Origin: Magallana gigas
Lineage: Eukaryota
Direction of reading: 5' to 3'
DNA length: 64,000 bases
NCBI RefSeq assembly: GCF_963853765.1
Contig: NC_088862.1
Location: forward strand, 3,658,001-3,722,000
Position numbers and translations under genes: made by a program. Under the pieces are notes generated by a model. It was not told the DNA's origin, did not search any database, and was given only the letters and a program-made list of their open reading frames with translations. Of the stretch, positions 53,101 through 64,000 are shown in pieces. The stretch's first letter is position 1, and every line of letters starts with the position of its first letter.

Positions 53101-53341
53101 TTAATGCAATGAAAGGCTTAAACATTGAAGTATTTAGATTTGATGCAGGTATTTTTTTTTTTAAAATTTATGATATTTGTCTTATTTGAGCTTCTTTTTC
53201 GTTGAACAGCTGAGCTTGGCGATTATAACCCTGATGAACACAAAGGCAACTACATCTCAGACTATAGGTTCATCCCTCACCAAACCGAGGACTTCGAGAA
53301 GCAGGTCTCAGAACTTCACAAACAGCATAGGTCAGTGTGTG

Positions 53342-53394
<53 letters not shown>

Positions 53395-56300
53395 AAAATG
53401 TAAGACACCAATGGGAGACTGAGATAGAATTTTAGTATAGACATCAGATTTGTTTGAATTCCGGACATTTCAGTTAGGACCTAAGACTCTATTTAAAACA
53501 TCCAAGTTGTTCACCAAAACAGTTTTACCAAACTGTATGACTGTTTTGCTGCCTCAACTTGCTAATTAACAATATTGTGTCTCTGTGTTTGGTTTTGTGG
53601 CATTTTATGTGTAATTTTATAACACTCTGTTTACAGAGGGCAGACTCCTGCTGATGCGGAGTACCATTATCTGGATAAAGCCAAGAGACTGGAGATGTAC
53701 GGAGTGGATCTCCATAATGCTAGGGTAAGGGCAGCAACTCCAGACAAACAAAAATTAAAGTTCCAATGCACAAAGCTAAAAATCTGACCGTACACTCTAA
53801 AACCTGATGAAACCTTTTGGACAGGCCATTATAGCTCTTTCAGTATAGACTTTGGAATTCATGCACTTTTATTTACTTGCTGTTTTTTTTTTTAGATAAT
53901 TTTTTTTTCATTTCTCTGTTCAGCTTTAAAAGGGGGTGGGGTAGATGGTAGTAGTATAAACCTATGAGGATGGATTTCTACAAAAATTATTTACAGGGAA
54001 AGTTATTGATACACTGTTTAAGGTTAAATAATAAGGTCACTTCCTTTACAAGGATTTTATTTATTTTTCATTGACTTTTTCTGGACATTGGTCAGTGACA
54101 CCGTGATGTTTCTGTTGTCAGTGATGTGTGATGTTTTTTTGCTAGGTGTTGATTGATCGGGAGATCCCCATAAACTCCCCGTTCTATGTAAGTTTTGGAC
54201 ACACACTCTAATAGGGTGCTGCTAATACCAGGAGAAAAACCTGGGTTTGAACATGCACACTCATAGGGTGCCGCTAATGCCAGGAAAATATTCCTGGGTT
54301 TGGCTTTTCTTTGCATCTTTGACATCATGGTTTTGATATTTGACATGTGTGTTAAAAATTAAATAAAAAAGAAAAATAATTATTTAAAATTTCTGAAATG
54401 TGATGTTGAGAATTTTTTTTCTTCATAACTTTTTTTCTTACCAGTGAAATTACTTGGAAAAGTTTAATTTTGATTTGGAATGTGAACTATTTGATGTTGT
54501 TAATTCTTGTTTTTTCAGTTTTTGAATTGAAATATCTTTTGGAGATGTGTAATTTAACATATTTAACAATGAATGATTTATTGTCTGAAAAATCTTCTGC
54601 ATTTTGAAGCCAGAATCTTCAGCTCAAACAACTATATTTTTTTTTCTTCATCTCAACCAATAACACCAGCAACGTCTACAAATACGAACCCATGGAATGA
54701 AAACATATATTTATATCTCAAAAAAGCTTATTTGCCTGCCTGAAAGCTTAATGTAGATTTTAATTACTTAAAAAATACCGGTAATTGTATGCTTTTGATT
54801 TTTATTTCAAAGAAATTGCACAAAGATCTTTAATTAAAACATGGCGGCCAACCTTTTGGTTTTTACAGGAAAATGAATTTCTTATTTAGAGGGGAACTGA
54901 TTTTTTTGAAATCTTTTTGAAATCTTTGACCCCCTGACCTGTATCTTTGTAGGGCATGTTTATTGATGCCAATGAATTGGGACAGTGCAATACAGGAGTT
55001 AGTATGATTTCTATCTCGTTAACGCTATAAGTCAATAACGACTTAATTATCTTTAGATAACACTGGTAGAGGGATACGTTTTCTCATCAGCAGTTGATCA
55101 TTTGCATTAACCTGTATCTCATATATAACCAATCACAAAGCACAATACATCCAACAGAATGGGTTTGAATTTTAAAGCAGCCTTATGATTTGTTAAGATT
55201 TTATACCTTGATTTTTTTTTTTTTTTTTTTTATAAATATTCATGTCATTTAATTAAAATTTCTTTTGTAAGATCTTAGTTTCTTTCATACATAATATGAC
55301 ATCTAAATGCAGATTTTATTTAAAATGTTTACATTTAAGAACAGAGAGGTCTTAATGAGTCTTTATATTTATAATCTGCTTCAAGAAAATATTTGCGCAT
55401 AGAGTTGTTGTCCCCTGAAATAATCTTCAATGTGAGTGAAACTTTATGAGAAAATGAAAAAACTTTATGATGACATGCTCATTCAAAATGTTTTCTTAAT
55501 TTTATACCCTATGTGTTAGATCAGCATTATACCCTTAATGTTAGATCAGCTGATGGGGAATTTATTCACATAATGGAGACAAAAGAGAATAAATATTTTA
55601 TGTATAATAGTTTTCAAGTGAAGAAAGTTGAGCATAAAATGTTTAACGATTCAATAATTATGTTTATTCATGACTGTATACAAATAATTGTATACAATAA
55701 CATGGAATGCTGCATGTATCCCACATGTTGGATTGCATTACCCTATTTTTTTTTTTGTCCCTGAAAGTTTCTGACATAATTTCAGGTTTTTTGTTTTTCA
55801 ATATACTATAATAATATATCTACTGACTAGGAATGGTTGTTTTGTAATTATTGATATTTTTAAGACTATATGCCTTGAGATCTATTAAGCAATTTTGATT
55901 AAAAAAAATAACATATACACACATTAGAATTTCCATGGTGATTGCCCTGTAGTAAATTATCTCCCTTTGAGTTCTAGTGACTAACCTTAAAAATTCTTAC
56001 ACACTACTAACATTTTACTTTTTTGGTTTAATCAAAAGCAAATATTATGATGCAATTAATTATAAAATTTTATAGTATTAAGAATATCGGTATAAAGAAT
56101 ACTTGTAAACATTGTTTTCTCTAAAAAAAAAAAAAAAAAAATTATTATAATATTAAGTTTTTTATATTTATATTTAAAACTCTAGACGACTTTCACATTG
56201 TTAGTTTCCTCCCTTTGTCAGCATATTTGATGTATTTTTTTTTATCTGTTAACGTCTAAATATAACTATGTTTTCTTTTATTGTGAAAAATAAACATTGA

Positions 56301-57580
56301 ATATTTATTCCCTAGAGTTGTGTACAGAATGGAAGCAGGAACTTGTATGAACTGCATCCACAAAAGGAATTAACTTGATGTGAAAGTTGTCTATTTTTAG
56401 AAATAAAAATATATTCATTTTCATAATCAAGTCGTTTATCTCTATTTTATTACTTAATGCAAGATTTTTTTTTTAAAAATTTAAAAAAAGAAAAAATTGA
56501 ATGATAGTTGAATACTACTGACTGCAGAGTGCATAGCAGGAGTCTTTGTCAGTTTTAATGAGCAGTTCATGACTCGGGAGTTTTAACCAACCTTTTTCTC
56601 CTGTAGGATCAGAGCAACATAGACATACAGCTAGGCGTGACGTCGGTCGGGCTGGTGGTCTTTCAGAATAATGTCAAAATCAATACATTCCCATGGTGAG
56701 TAATAGCAGTGTGTTTGAAGAGAATTCTCGCATTTAAATATTAAAAGTTGTGTACATTAAAGAAAGGGGTTTTAATTTCTCTTTATAAGAAGTTAATAAA
56801 TAAGACCCCAAAAAGCCATTAAATCAAGTAAATTTTGTATTATATAAGATAAAACATTTCCTAATGATTTTTTTTTCAGATGTTATTTAAAACAACCTTA
56901 ATTTTGCCAAAATTTTTCAGGGCAAAGATTGTCAAGATATCATTTAAAAGAAAACAGTTTTTCATTCAACTTCGAAGGGAGATGGTAAGTTGACACTAAT
57001 TTGAATGATTTGACAACTTGTCAAAAATGCATAGAATTTCACATAGTATATTTTTTCATATTAACAATTCAAACCTATCTTGTACATAAAAATAAAAGTT
57101 TGACCTTACTGTGATGTTCTTTATTATTTTGATTTGGTCACAGAAATGTTTGCTTTTATGACCAACACGCCTTGACATCAAAGAATCTTGGAGATAACAT
57201 TTAGTCAATGAAACTTTTTGAAGCAATGTAGATTTGTATGGTTACAGAATGACTCGGTGGAGAACCTGATCGGCTTCAACATGGTGAGCTACAGGTCGTG
57301 TAAGAATCTCTGGAAGTCCTGTGTGGAACATCACACGTTTTTCCGCCTCTACGTCCCGAACCCTCCGTCAAAGAAAATCTTCTCCATGGGATCCAAGTTC
57401 CGCTACAGGTGAGTGGGCGGCACAGACAGGTTAATCATATACCTGGCCAGGTGTTATATACCCAGGTGATGCTGTGTTGTGTGTATTAGCTGAGGAGTAG
57501 ACCATCAAGTGTAGAGGAACGATAGTTGTAACTGAGATGACAGGTATATTATTACTTATTAGGTTAGTTACTGACACACT

Positions 57581-57616
<36 letters not shown>

Positions 57617-57631
57617 TGAGGCGAAGCCGAA

Positions 57632-57667
<36 letters not shown>

Positions 57668-60600
57668 AGTGTGTCAGTAACTAACCTATTAAGTGTTTTG
57701 TTTTCCCAAGGACTATCTAGTGATACATTTACTGATTTTACTCCCAAGAAGTGTTGATCACACAATTAAATTCCACACATTTTTATTTTTTCAACAGTAA
57801 ATAAAGTTCAACAATCTTTATATCAGTAACAAACAGTTTTTCAACAATAAAATATTTTAAACATTTAATAATAAACAATTAAAACCACTCCAATCTCTGC
57901 ATTTTTTTCTGAACTATTTTGTGTTAACGTTGATGTTACCGATATTCACGGTGCAGTTACTGAAGCATATTGGTCTGAATGGTCGTTTCTCTTCAACTGG
58001 ACTCTGCGTTTCAAAATCTGCGAAAAGTTGATCAATTTGCCACCCATTAAGATCGCATTCCACTATTTGAGTTTCACAAACCGTTGATGAAGATGATGAA
58101 TTAGCCATAATAGCATGCCTCTTGGTACTTGGTAACATTGGCAAGCTGGATGTTGGTGCAAGATTTTCGCTGATAGACTCACCCATCTGAATTTTTTCTG
58201 CATCACTAACTCGCTGATAGACACTCAGACTCTGTACGGACTTGTGTCCAGTGACAGACATTACTTGTGAGGGTCCATACATACACTTGGACAGAATGGA
58301 TGCTCCAGTTGCTCTTATGGAATGGTTTGTATATACTTTTGACAAGTTAGTAGCCTTGCTCAAGGAGCTGAGAAAACTCCTCAATTTCTTTTCACCAACA
58401 GGGACATTACAGAACCACACTGCATCAGATTCGAGAAAACTCTCTTTTGGTCGCTGCCATAGCCTGTAAAAGGGAACATTTCTAACTCAAAACAAGATAC
58501 ACATAAATTTTCAGTCATAAAAATTTATATATTTTGTGTCAATCAAAATTACCTGTCACATTCTGGATGGAGCTTTGATAAGTACATCTCGAAGGACAAA
58601 ACTGGACAGTAGATTGATCCTACCAATAAAGATAACAAATACATATAAGTATTGATAGATTTTTAAATAAAAATTTATAAGTATGATAAGATTTTCTCTA
58701 TGACTCAATTCTTTTAAAAAATACAGTAGACACAGTGAAAAGCAAAACAAACCTTTAATTTCTGGCATAATTCCAGAAGAAGTTTCTTTGTCCAAACGAT
58801 GGTTTTTAGTTAATTCATCAACGACTTTTTTCACGACTTTTCGACCAGTGTCCTCGTCAGTTTCAACTCGGAACATATTTTTGGTCATGTTATGCATGTT
58901 TTCATTCCCCCGCCTGCAGAAAAACATTCGGATGTCAAACTGCACTTTATTGAAGAGACCCTGTGGTGTATTGATAGACAGATGCATACTTGTATACAGC
59001 GATTTCAAGTCGGTGTCTGAGATAATAGGATGGTGAACCACGTCTCCCTTCCCCATTCTTTTGGCTTCGGCTAAAACAGCCTTAAAACAAGTGTTGCTAT
59101 CGGTAAACGAGGAATCCTTCACTATATCCACTTTTCTGTTGAAGGGGGGTGACTTCAAATATCTGTTTATGCCATGGCGAATTGTCTCCAGGGAATTTAC
59201 TTTGTAATGTGACCCATCTTCTCTACGTAGATCCATGTAGAAATGGCCTAGCATCTCGTCTAATTTCACGTTGTCAAAGTCTTGAAAGTTCTCATTTTCG
59301 CCTTTTACTTTCAAGTATTCCTTAAAAACTTTAGCCGCTCCTTTGTTTACCTGTAAAGTTTTGCTACTGTTCAATTTTAATCGCTTTTCCTGTTTTTCCT
59401 CTGCAGTGCTTAGCACAAATCTGGATGCCATTCTACACGAACGCAGCAGACACAACAATATGTGACGTCAATTCAAAGGGCAACTACTCTAATTTTAAAA
59501 AAATTCCAAAGGGCAACAACTCAAAATATATTAAGAACTTACGGAACACGGTTTCTGTATCAAATAATATGAAATGTTGAGATGAGTAGGCGAAGCGGCG
59601 GCCAATGACGGCCATATTGCCTACTATTAATCCTCACGGAGCCTACATAGAGATATATGAGGCAATCACGTGCCATGTTTAAACCAATGAAAATGTGACA
59701 TTTCAGTCCGAGGGAAAACAATGTTATTTATAGGATTTTTGATTTTTAAGATACAAGTATTGTCAAAATATATTGCCTTTGAAAATTAATAAATCGCAAC
59801 CATTTAAATGCAACCTTTAAATGTTGATATTTCCGATTGTCAATTAAAAATTCCAAGATCATGCAGAACAATATGCTAAGGTATGATTGCAATAATAATC
59901 ACAAAAAAAAATATAAGTTTTGAAATGCAAGTAAGTACCCAGGTGAATATTAATTAAGGAAATAAATTCTTCTTGCTTATGTACCGGTAGTGTAAATTAC
60001 CCCAATAGGACAGAGATTTCCATTTTTACAGTATTATTGAACTGAAAAGAGTATTAAATGGAGAGCTAGAAAAAATTGTTTTGTAGAAATAAATGATTAG
60101 GATTAATAAAAGAAATTATTTTAGGAAATAATGTATAATTAAGTCATTCATATTAAATTTAGAAATATTTTGCATTCAGCGTAGTGTTGTCAGATAAGAG
60201 TTATTTTCCTTTACCCACAAAATATTCACATGCAGCATATTATGCATGTACATGGATCAACATCTATGGTTAGATTGTACTCCATTGATATGAGATATTC
60301 CAACCACACCTCATCACCAAATTGTTTGATTTTGTAGCGTTCATAATGCATGGTGTGTTCTGTCTCAAATTTTCTCAGCATTATCACGGTTTGTGGTTTT
60401 TTTCCCCCCCACTCTAACGATTGGTGACCAGAACCTTTCAGGAAAACCCCCACCCCCCTCCCTTTTGATCTCATTATTAACATGAACACATTCATTCACT
60501 CACAAGGGTTACATATGTCTCTTGAGTGAGCAATTTGTTTTGCCCATCATCCATTTTGTGTGACGGAGATATTTCTAATCGCACGTGAGCACAAATTTTC

Positions 60601-63261
60601 ACTTGTTCATCTTTTTATCAGTAATTTAAAGCATATTTTTAATCAGAGGGAGAGAAAGTGAAAGGAGAAAATCTTGGTTTCAGTTTAAATGAAATAAATA
60701 TCCACTCTCTCCATCAAACAAAACAACAATAATAAACAAATAAATAAAATGGTATGCATTTCTTTTACCATAAAAGATGCAGGGTTTTCTTGAGCTGACA
60801 GGTCAAAATGTCATTTCTAGAGCTAGTAGAGCTGACCATCTCTCCAGTTTCTCTGTCTTTTTCTGCAGATGCTAGTTGCTTTCTAAGTATCCAGGCATCA
60901 GAGTTGTTGTAGGAAATCCAGGAACCACCCCCCTTTCAATCAAATAGATGAACATCAGAATTTGTCACTCTAAAATTCCTAGAATAACTTAAAAATGCTA
61001 GGGAAAAACTTTGAAATTTTACTTTATTGTCCAAAAATTAGAAAAAAAAAGGCGACATAGGATTAAAAAAAAACCCTCACAAACACACAGTTTTAGATTA
61101 CGGTACATAAAATCATTTATATATGATTACAATATATATATCATAACATGGTATTACATTTGAAAAAATTCAAAAATGGGATAGAGAAAAGAAAAGGTTT
61201 ATTTTATATACAAGTAACATCTGGACTCCCACACATTCTGTATATTAAAGATGCCAAACTTATTCAAAGGACTGAAAAATATTCAACAAAACACAAAAAC
61301 ACTCATTTTTCACACAGATTTGACTCCAGAAGCAAATGTTATGGTGAATATTATAGAATTCACAAGCAGAAACTATTACAGACAATAGAATGTGTGGCAG
61401 ATGTACATAATAGTAACTATAGATCCATTTTACAGCAAATTTAATGCCATAAAACACACAACTTCACACTAAGTAGCATAAATTATTACAGACACAATAG
61501 AATGTATTGAGAATGTAATTACAGAAGCTCACATATTGGCAGTTGTCATAGAAAATACAACTATACCCTTGATAACAGAATAAAATTTAGAGTGATTGCA
61601 TAGAAAATACAACTACCGTACACATTCAATAGCAGAAACTATTACAGACAATAGACTTTACAGTGAATGTAATTACAGTACTTGCTATTGTAATTACAGC
61701 GGTAAAACAGAGTTCCAAACTTTGGAAGAAAACAAGAGGCGAGCTAAAATTGAGCGGACGTTCTCCAGGTGAGCTTTACCTTTCTGTGCCACAGAAGTCA
61801 ATCAAGTCTACGTGTTCTTGCATTAATTAATTAATTAAGTGGCGGTTCAGATTATTATAGGAAAATAATTGACTATGACATAAAAATCAGAATTTTTTTT
61901 TTTTACATAAGGGATTAATTAATCGATTTATGAATAAAAATCAGAAAAAAATTGTATGAAAAATGGAACTTTCAGCATTTTTGAAGCTGCATTTTAATGC
62001 GTATAATTTTTTGGTTATAACTAAGCTAGTAGTCTGCAATGTGATCAATCAGTTGGGGCCATGTTTACTGACATTTTTGCATGCTTGCCTCCCTTGACTT
62101 CATATTCCCTGATATCTTAGTTTACCCTGTTCCCTAGATAAAAATGGATGCCTGGGCTTTTACAGTAGTTACCTACAATCTTCCTGACACAGTCTCACTG
62201 CATTTTGACACTTCTTTTACACTAATTCTTGCACATATTTACTCAGAATAACATAGACTTGTAATCTTAAGGCTTCTTTGGGAGTTACAAATTCAGTTAT
62301 CTCCCTTTGGAGATCTGATTTCAGTTACCTCCCTTGATATTCTAAATCTAGTTAACTCCCTTGGGAGTTATACCTTTGTATATTCCCTGTGTTGTGTTTC
62401 TCATACTCTGTGTTCCATTCAAAAGATGATATGATGGATGGCATTTCATTATAAGAAAAAATTGTATTTAGAAAGTTTTACTTGTAGCAGCTGCACAATT
62501 GAGAATTTGTTTATTTGAGATCATGGGGATTTTGTATCTCTTCCTCTTAATTTTGTTAAATACACATTTTTTTTTTAGAAAAAAAAAAACATTACAGCTT
62601 TATAACAAATAAAAAAAAAATGAAGAGTAAAATATTAGTTAAAGTTTAATTTCCTGTTAAAAAGGGGAATTAAAACTTGTATTGTGTTGGGCATGAATTG
62701 GTTGTGTGTAATTAATGGCTAGAATCTGATGTAGAAATGATATGATACAACTAAAAAAATATCTATTCTATCAATTGAGAACTAAGATAATATTTTTAAA
62801 GCATTAATTTCAGCAAGGAATATTGGCATAGCATGAGCTTTTTACAAATTTTAATGTAGCCGGTGACTATGTATTGAAATGCTTGTTTTATAATTAAAAG
62901 AAACAAAATCAAAAGATAAACAATTAGCAGTGTTCTCAGCAAGGAGAATGAACATCAGAAGTGATCATTTTTGGTTTATTTTTAGGTCGCCCAGTAAAAA
63001 GTTTGCACGGCGGACGGTCAGTGGACACACGAGAGACCAAATCATCCAAGAACGCAACTTTATCGACGGCCATCGCAACCTTCCGAAGTCGCAGACGTTT
63101 GGAGGAACTCCGTCAACGGCTCGACCAAAGAGCAGTAACAGCGTTAACCATTCGTTCAACCGCTACGAGAGCATCAACAACCAGAAACGGGCCACGCTCC
63201 CCCACGACTACAAGGTCGGCTCAAACTCAAGGTCGTCCATACACTCCAGCAAGTCCGACGA
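50179..63261 (+). CDS. PTPN4: FERM-domain protein tyrosine phosphatase PTPN4/PTPN3 (PTP-MEG), 5' part; PDZ and PTP exons lie beyond the right edge
   Basis: Exons 50179-50322, 50703-50855, 51346-51388, 52021-52096, 52793-52890, 53210-53330, 53637-53724, 56607-56695, 56921-56984, 57248-57408, 61700-61768 and 62986-63261, all GT-AG and in frame. [97 protein letters not shown] and RSPSK match the PTPN4-type N-terminus, FERM and FA regions. Confidence 0.9.
50876..51202. mobile_element. Non-autonomous TTAA-TSD element in a PTPN4 intron
   Basis: TTAA|GGTGGCTCACTACACCT ... AGGTGAAGTGGGGTACC|TTAA. It contains a tRNA B-box-like GAGTTCAAATCC on the - strand at about 51054-51065. Confidence 0.65.
51508..51810 (+). 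mobile_element. Non-autonomous Crypton-like element, copy 2, with the right hairpin arm missing
   Basis: Colinear with 27505-27850 (ATAGTGCCTGTTTGGGAGGGTAACAGTTGAAATTGACACCCC ... AACCAATCAGATTTCAGTATTTAACATGAAAGTATAA). The sequence jumps from the loop (GACGCGAA, 51581) to the post-hairpin segment. TATAA occurs at both ends. Confidence 0.7.
52113..52336. mobile_element. TA-flanked MITE in a PTPN4 intron
   Basis: TATTGTAGATTCCTAATTTTACGCGAG pairs imperfectly with CTCGCGTTAAAAAAAGAATTAACAGTA. Confidence 0.5.
57556..59728 (-). mobile_element. Autonomous Crypton DNA transposon, about 2.2 kb, in PTPN4 intron 57409-61699, antisense to the host
   Basis: Recombinase gene bounded on one side by a perfect hairpin (57560-57688) and on the other by a CCAAT-containing segment ending near 59728. 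A short TTATT direct repeat occurs at 57556-57560 and 59724-59728. The right boundary is approximate. Confidence 0.75.
57914..59431 (-). CDS. Crypton-type tyrosine recombinase (DUF3504-like), 3 exons, 431 aa, intact
   Basis: Exons 59431-58753, 58619-58553 and 58463-57914 are joined by GT-AG introns into a 1296-nt frame. Tyrosine-recombinase catalytic motifs are in the expected order: FCRRGNE (R), TKNH (K), NHSIRATG (HxxR), VTGHKS (H) and SVYQR (Y). CPV...Y and LWQRP...W motifs are typical of Crypton/DUF3504 proteins. Confidence 0.9.
61360..61680. repeat. Degenerate low-copy repeat (AGAAACTATTACAGACAATAGA / CATAGAAAATACAACT) just upstream of PTPN4 exon 61700
   Basis: Motifs recur 2-3 times. 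Confidence 0.5.
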
Positions 63262-64000
63262 GTAAGTACTAGAGGATTGGGGGGGGGGGGGGGACTTTTT
63301 ATTTCTTCTTCAGGAACAGTAGGTTAAAGTGTCTGACATATAATACGATGAAGATTTACATATACGAACTGGACAAGTAAGTACTCAGGAAGTGGGCAGA
63401 CATTTTTTGTTCTTTTCAAGAATTGAGTCCGACGAGTGCTGTATAGGTGGGAGATTGGCTTTTTGTGTGAGTGATTTCAATGCAAATTTTCTCTAAGTTT
63501 AATGTCAAGGTTTTGAAATGTAGTGATTATCGATCGGTATATAATTTAGGGTTCTATGGACACTGTTGTATTTAGTTCAATTTCATCTTCTTACAATTGA
63601 AAATAATAAGGCACAATGGCATATAAATGCAAAATTTGTCATTTTACTACTGTAAGAGTTATGTAATAAAATGCATATCACTAAATATAAGGGTTTTCAT
63701 GAATGCATAGATTTTTAGGATGTGAATGTGCTGTTTTGATGAATCTTTTTATATCTATTGAAAACTGGAAGATCGAAGTTAAAAAATGGGTTTGCAATTT
63801 TATTTATTGAATACAAGATTCTTTTTATGAGTACAAAAGAGGGTAAAATAAGGGACAAACATTGTGAGATTTATTTAAACTCATGACTCGGTTGGAAATT
63901 TGAAGCTTTAGGACGGCCATATTGACATAAGTTATTTATGTGGAACTGATAACCATATTTCATATATAAAGAAGAGGAAAGAAAAAAAAAGGGGGGGGGG

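Noticed and set aside
40295-53422. ORFs containing ERERER or LSLSLS runs (for example 43982, 47595, 47672, 47685, 48993, 49216, 49270)
   Set aside because: Artefacts of (GA)n microsatellites. Only the splice-delimited parts noted elsewhere are retained as candidates.
57914-59458. Two separate genes (300 aa and 168 aa), or a host KCTD1/ZMYM/QRICH1-type gene
   Set aside because: GT-AG splicing joins them into one recombinase. There are no BTB or zinc-finger domains, the catalytic residues are intact, and transposon-like ends flank it.
14131-63272. Antisense or shifted-frame ORFs overlapping real exons (14131, 14150, 25829, 25899, 25963, 26158, 26525, 58242, 58788, 62961, 62965)
   Set aside because: Shadow ORFs caused by GC-rich codon usage in the true exons.

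Overview
AT-rich eukaryotic (intron-containing) genomic window. The repeat content (Helentron/HINE-like elements, TTAA- and TA-flanked MITEs, (GA)n tracts) suggests a bivalve, probably an oyster; this is inference. Four host genes were reconstructed exon by exon from GT-AG sites and reading frame: the 5' part of MLH1 (- strand, runs off the left edge); a complete 21-coding-exon CFAP221/PCDP1 (+, head-to-head with MLH1); a single-coding-exon PAQR7/8-like membrane progestin receptor (+); and the FERM-encoding 5' half of PTPN4/PTPN3 (+, runs off the right edge). The most notable feature is an apparently intact Crypton-type tyrosine-recombinase transposon with two introns, lying antisense in a PTPN4 intron. 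It ends in a perfect 58-bp-arm hairpin capped by GA-GGC-GAA-GCC-GA. Several short non-coding elements elsewhere in the window share this architecture (hairpin end plus a ...TATAA end), one with a compensatory base change in the cap. Other points: CFAP221-PTPN4 adjacency that appears to match human 2q14.2, candidate alternative first coding exons of PTPN4, and a weakly supported minus-strand spliced transcript at 18.7-23.7 kb. There are three N gaps. All family assignments come from remembered protein or repeat motifs, not database searches.
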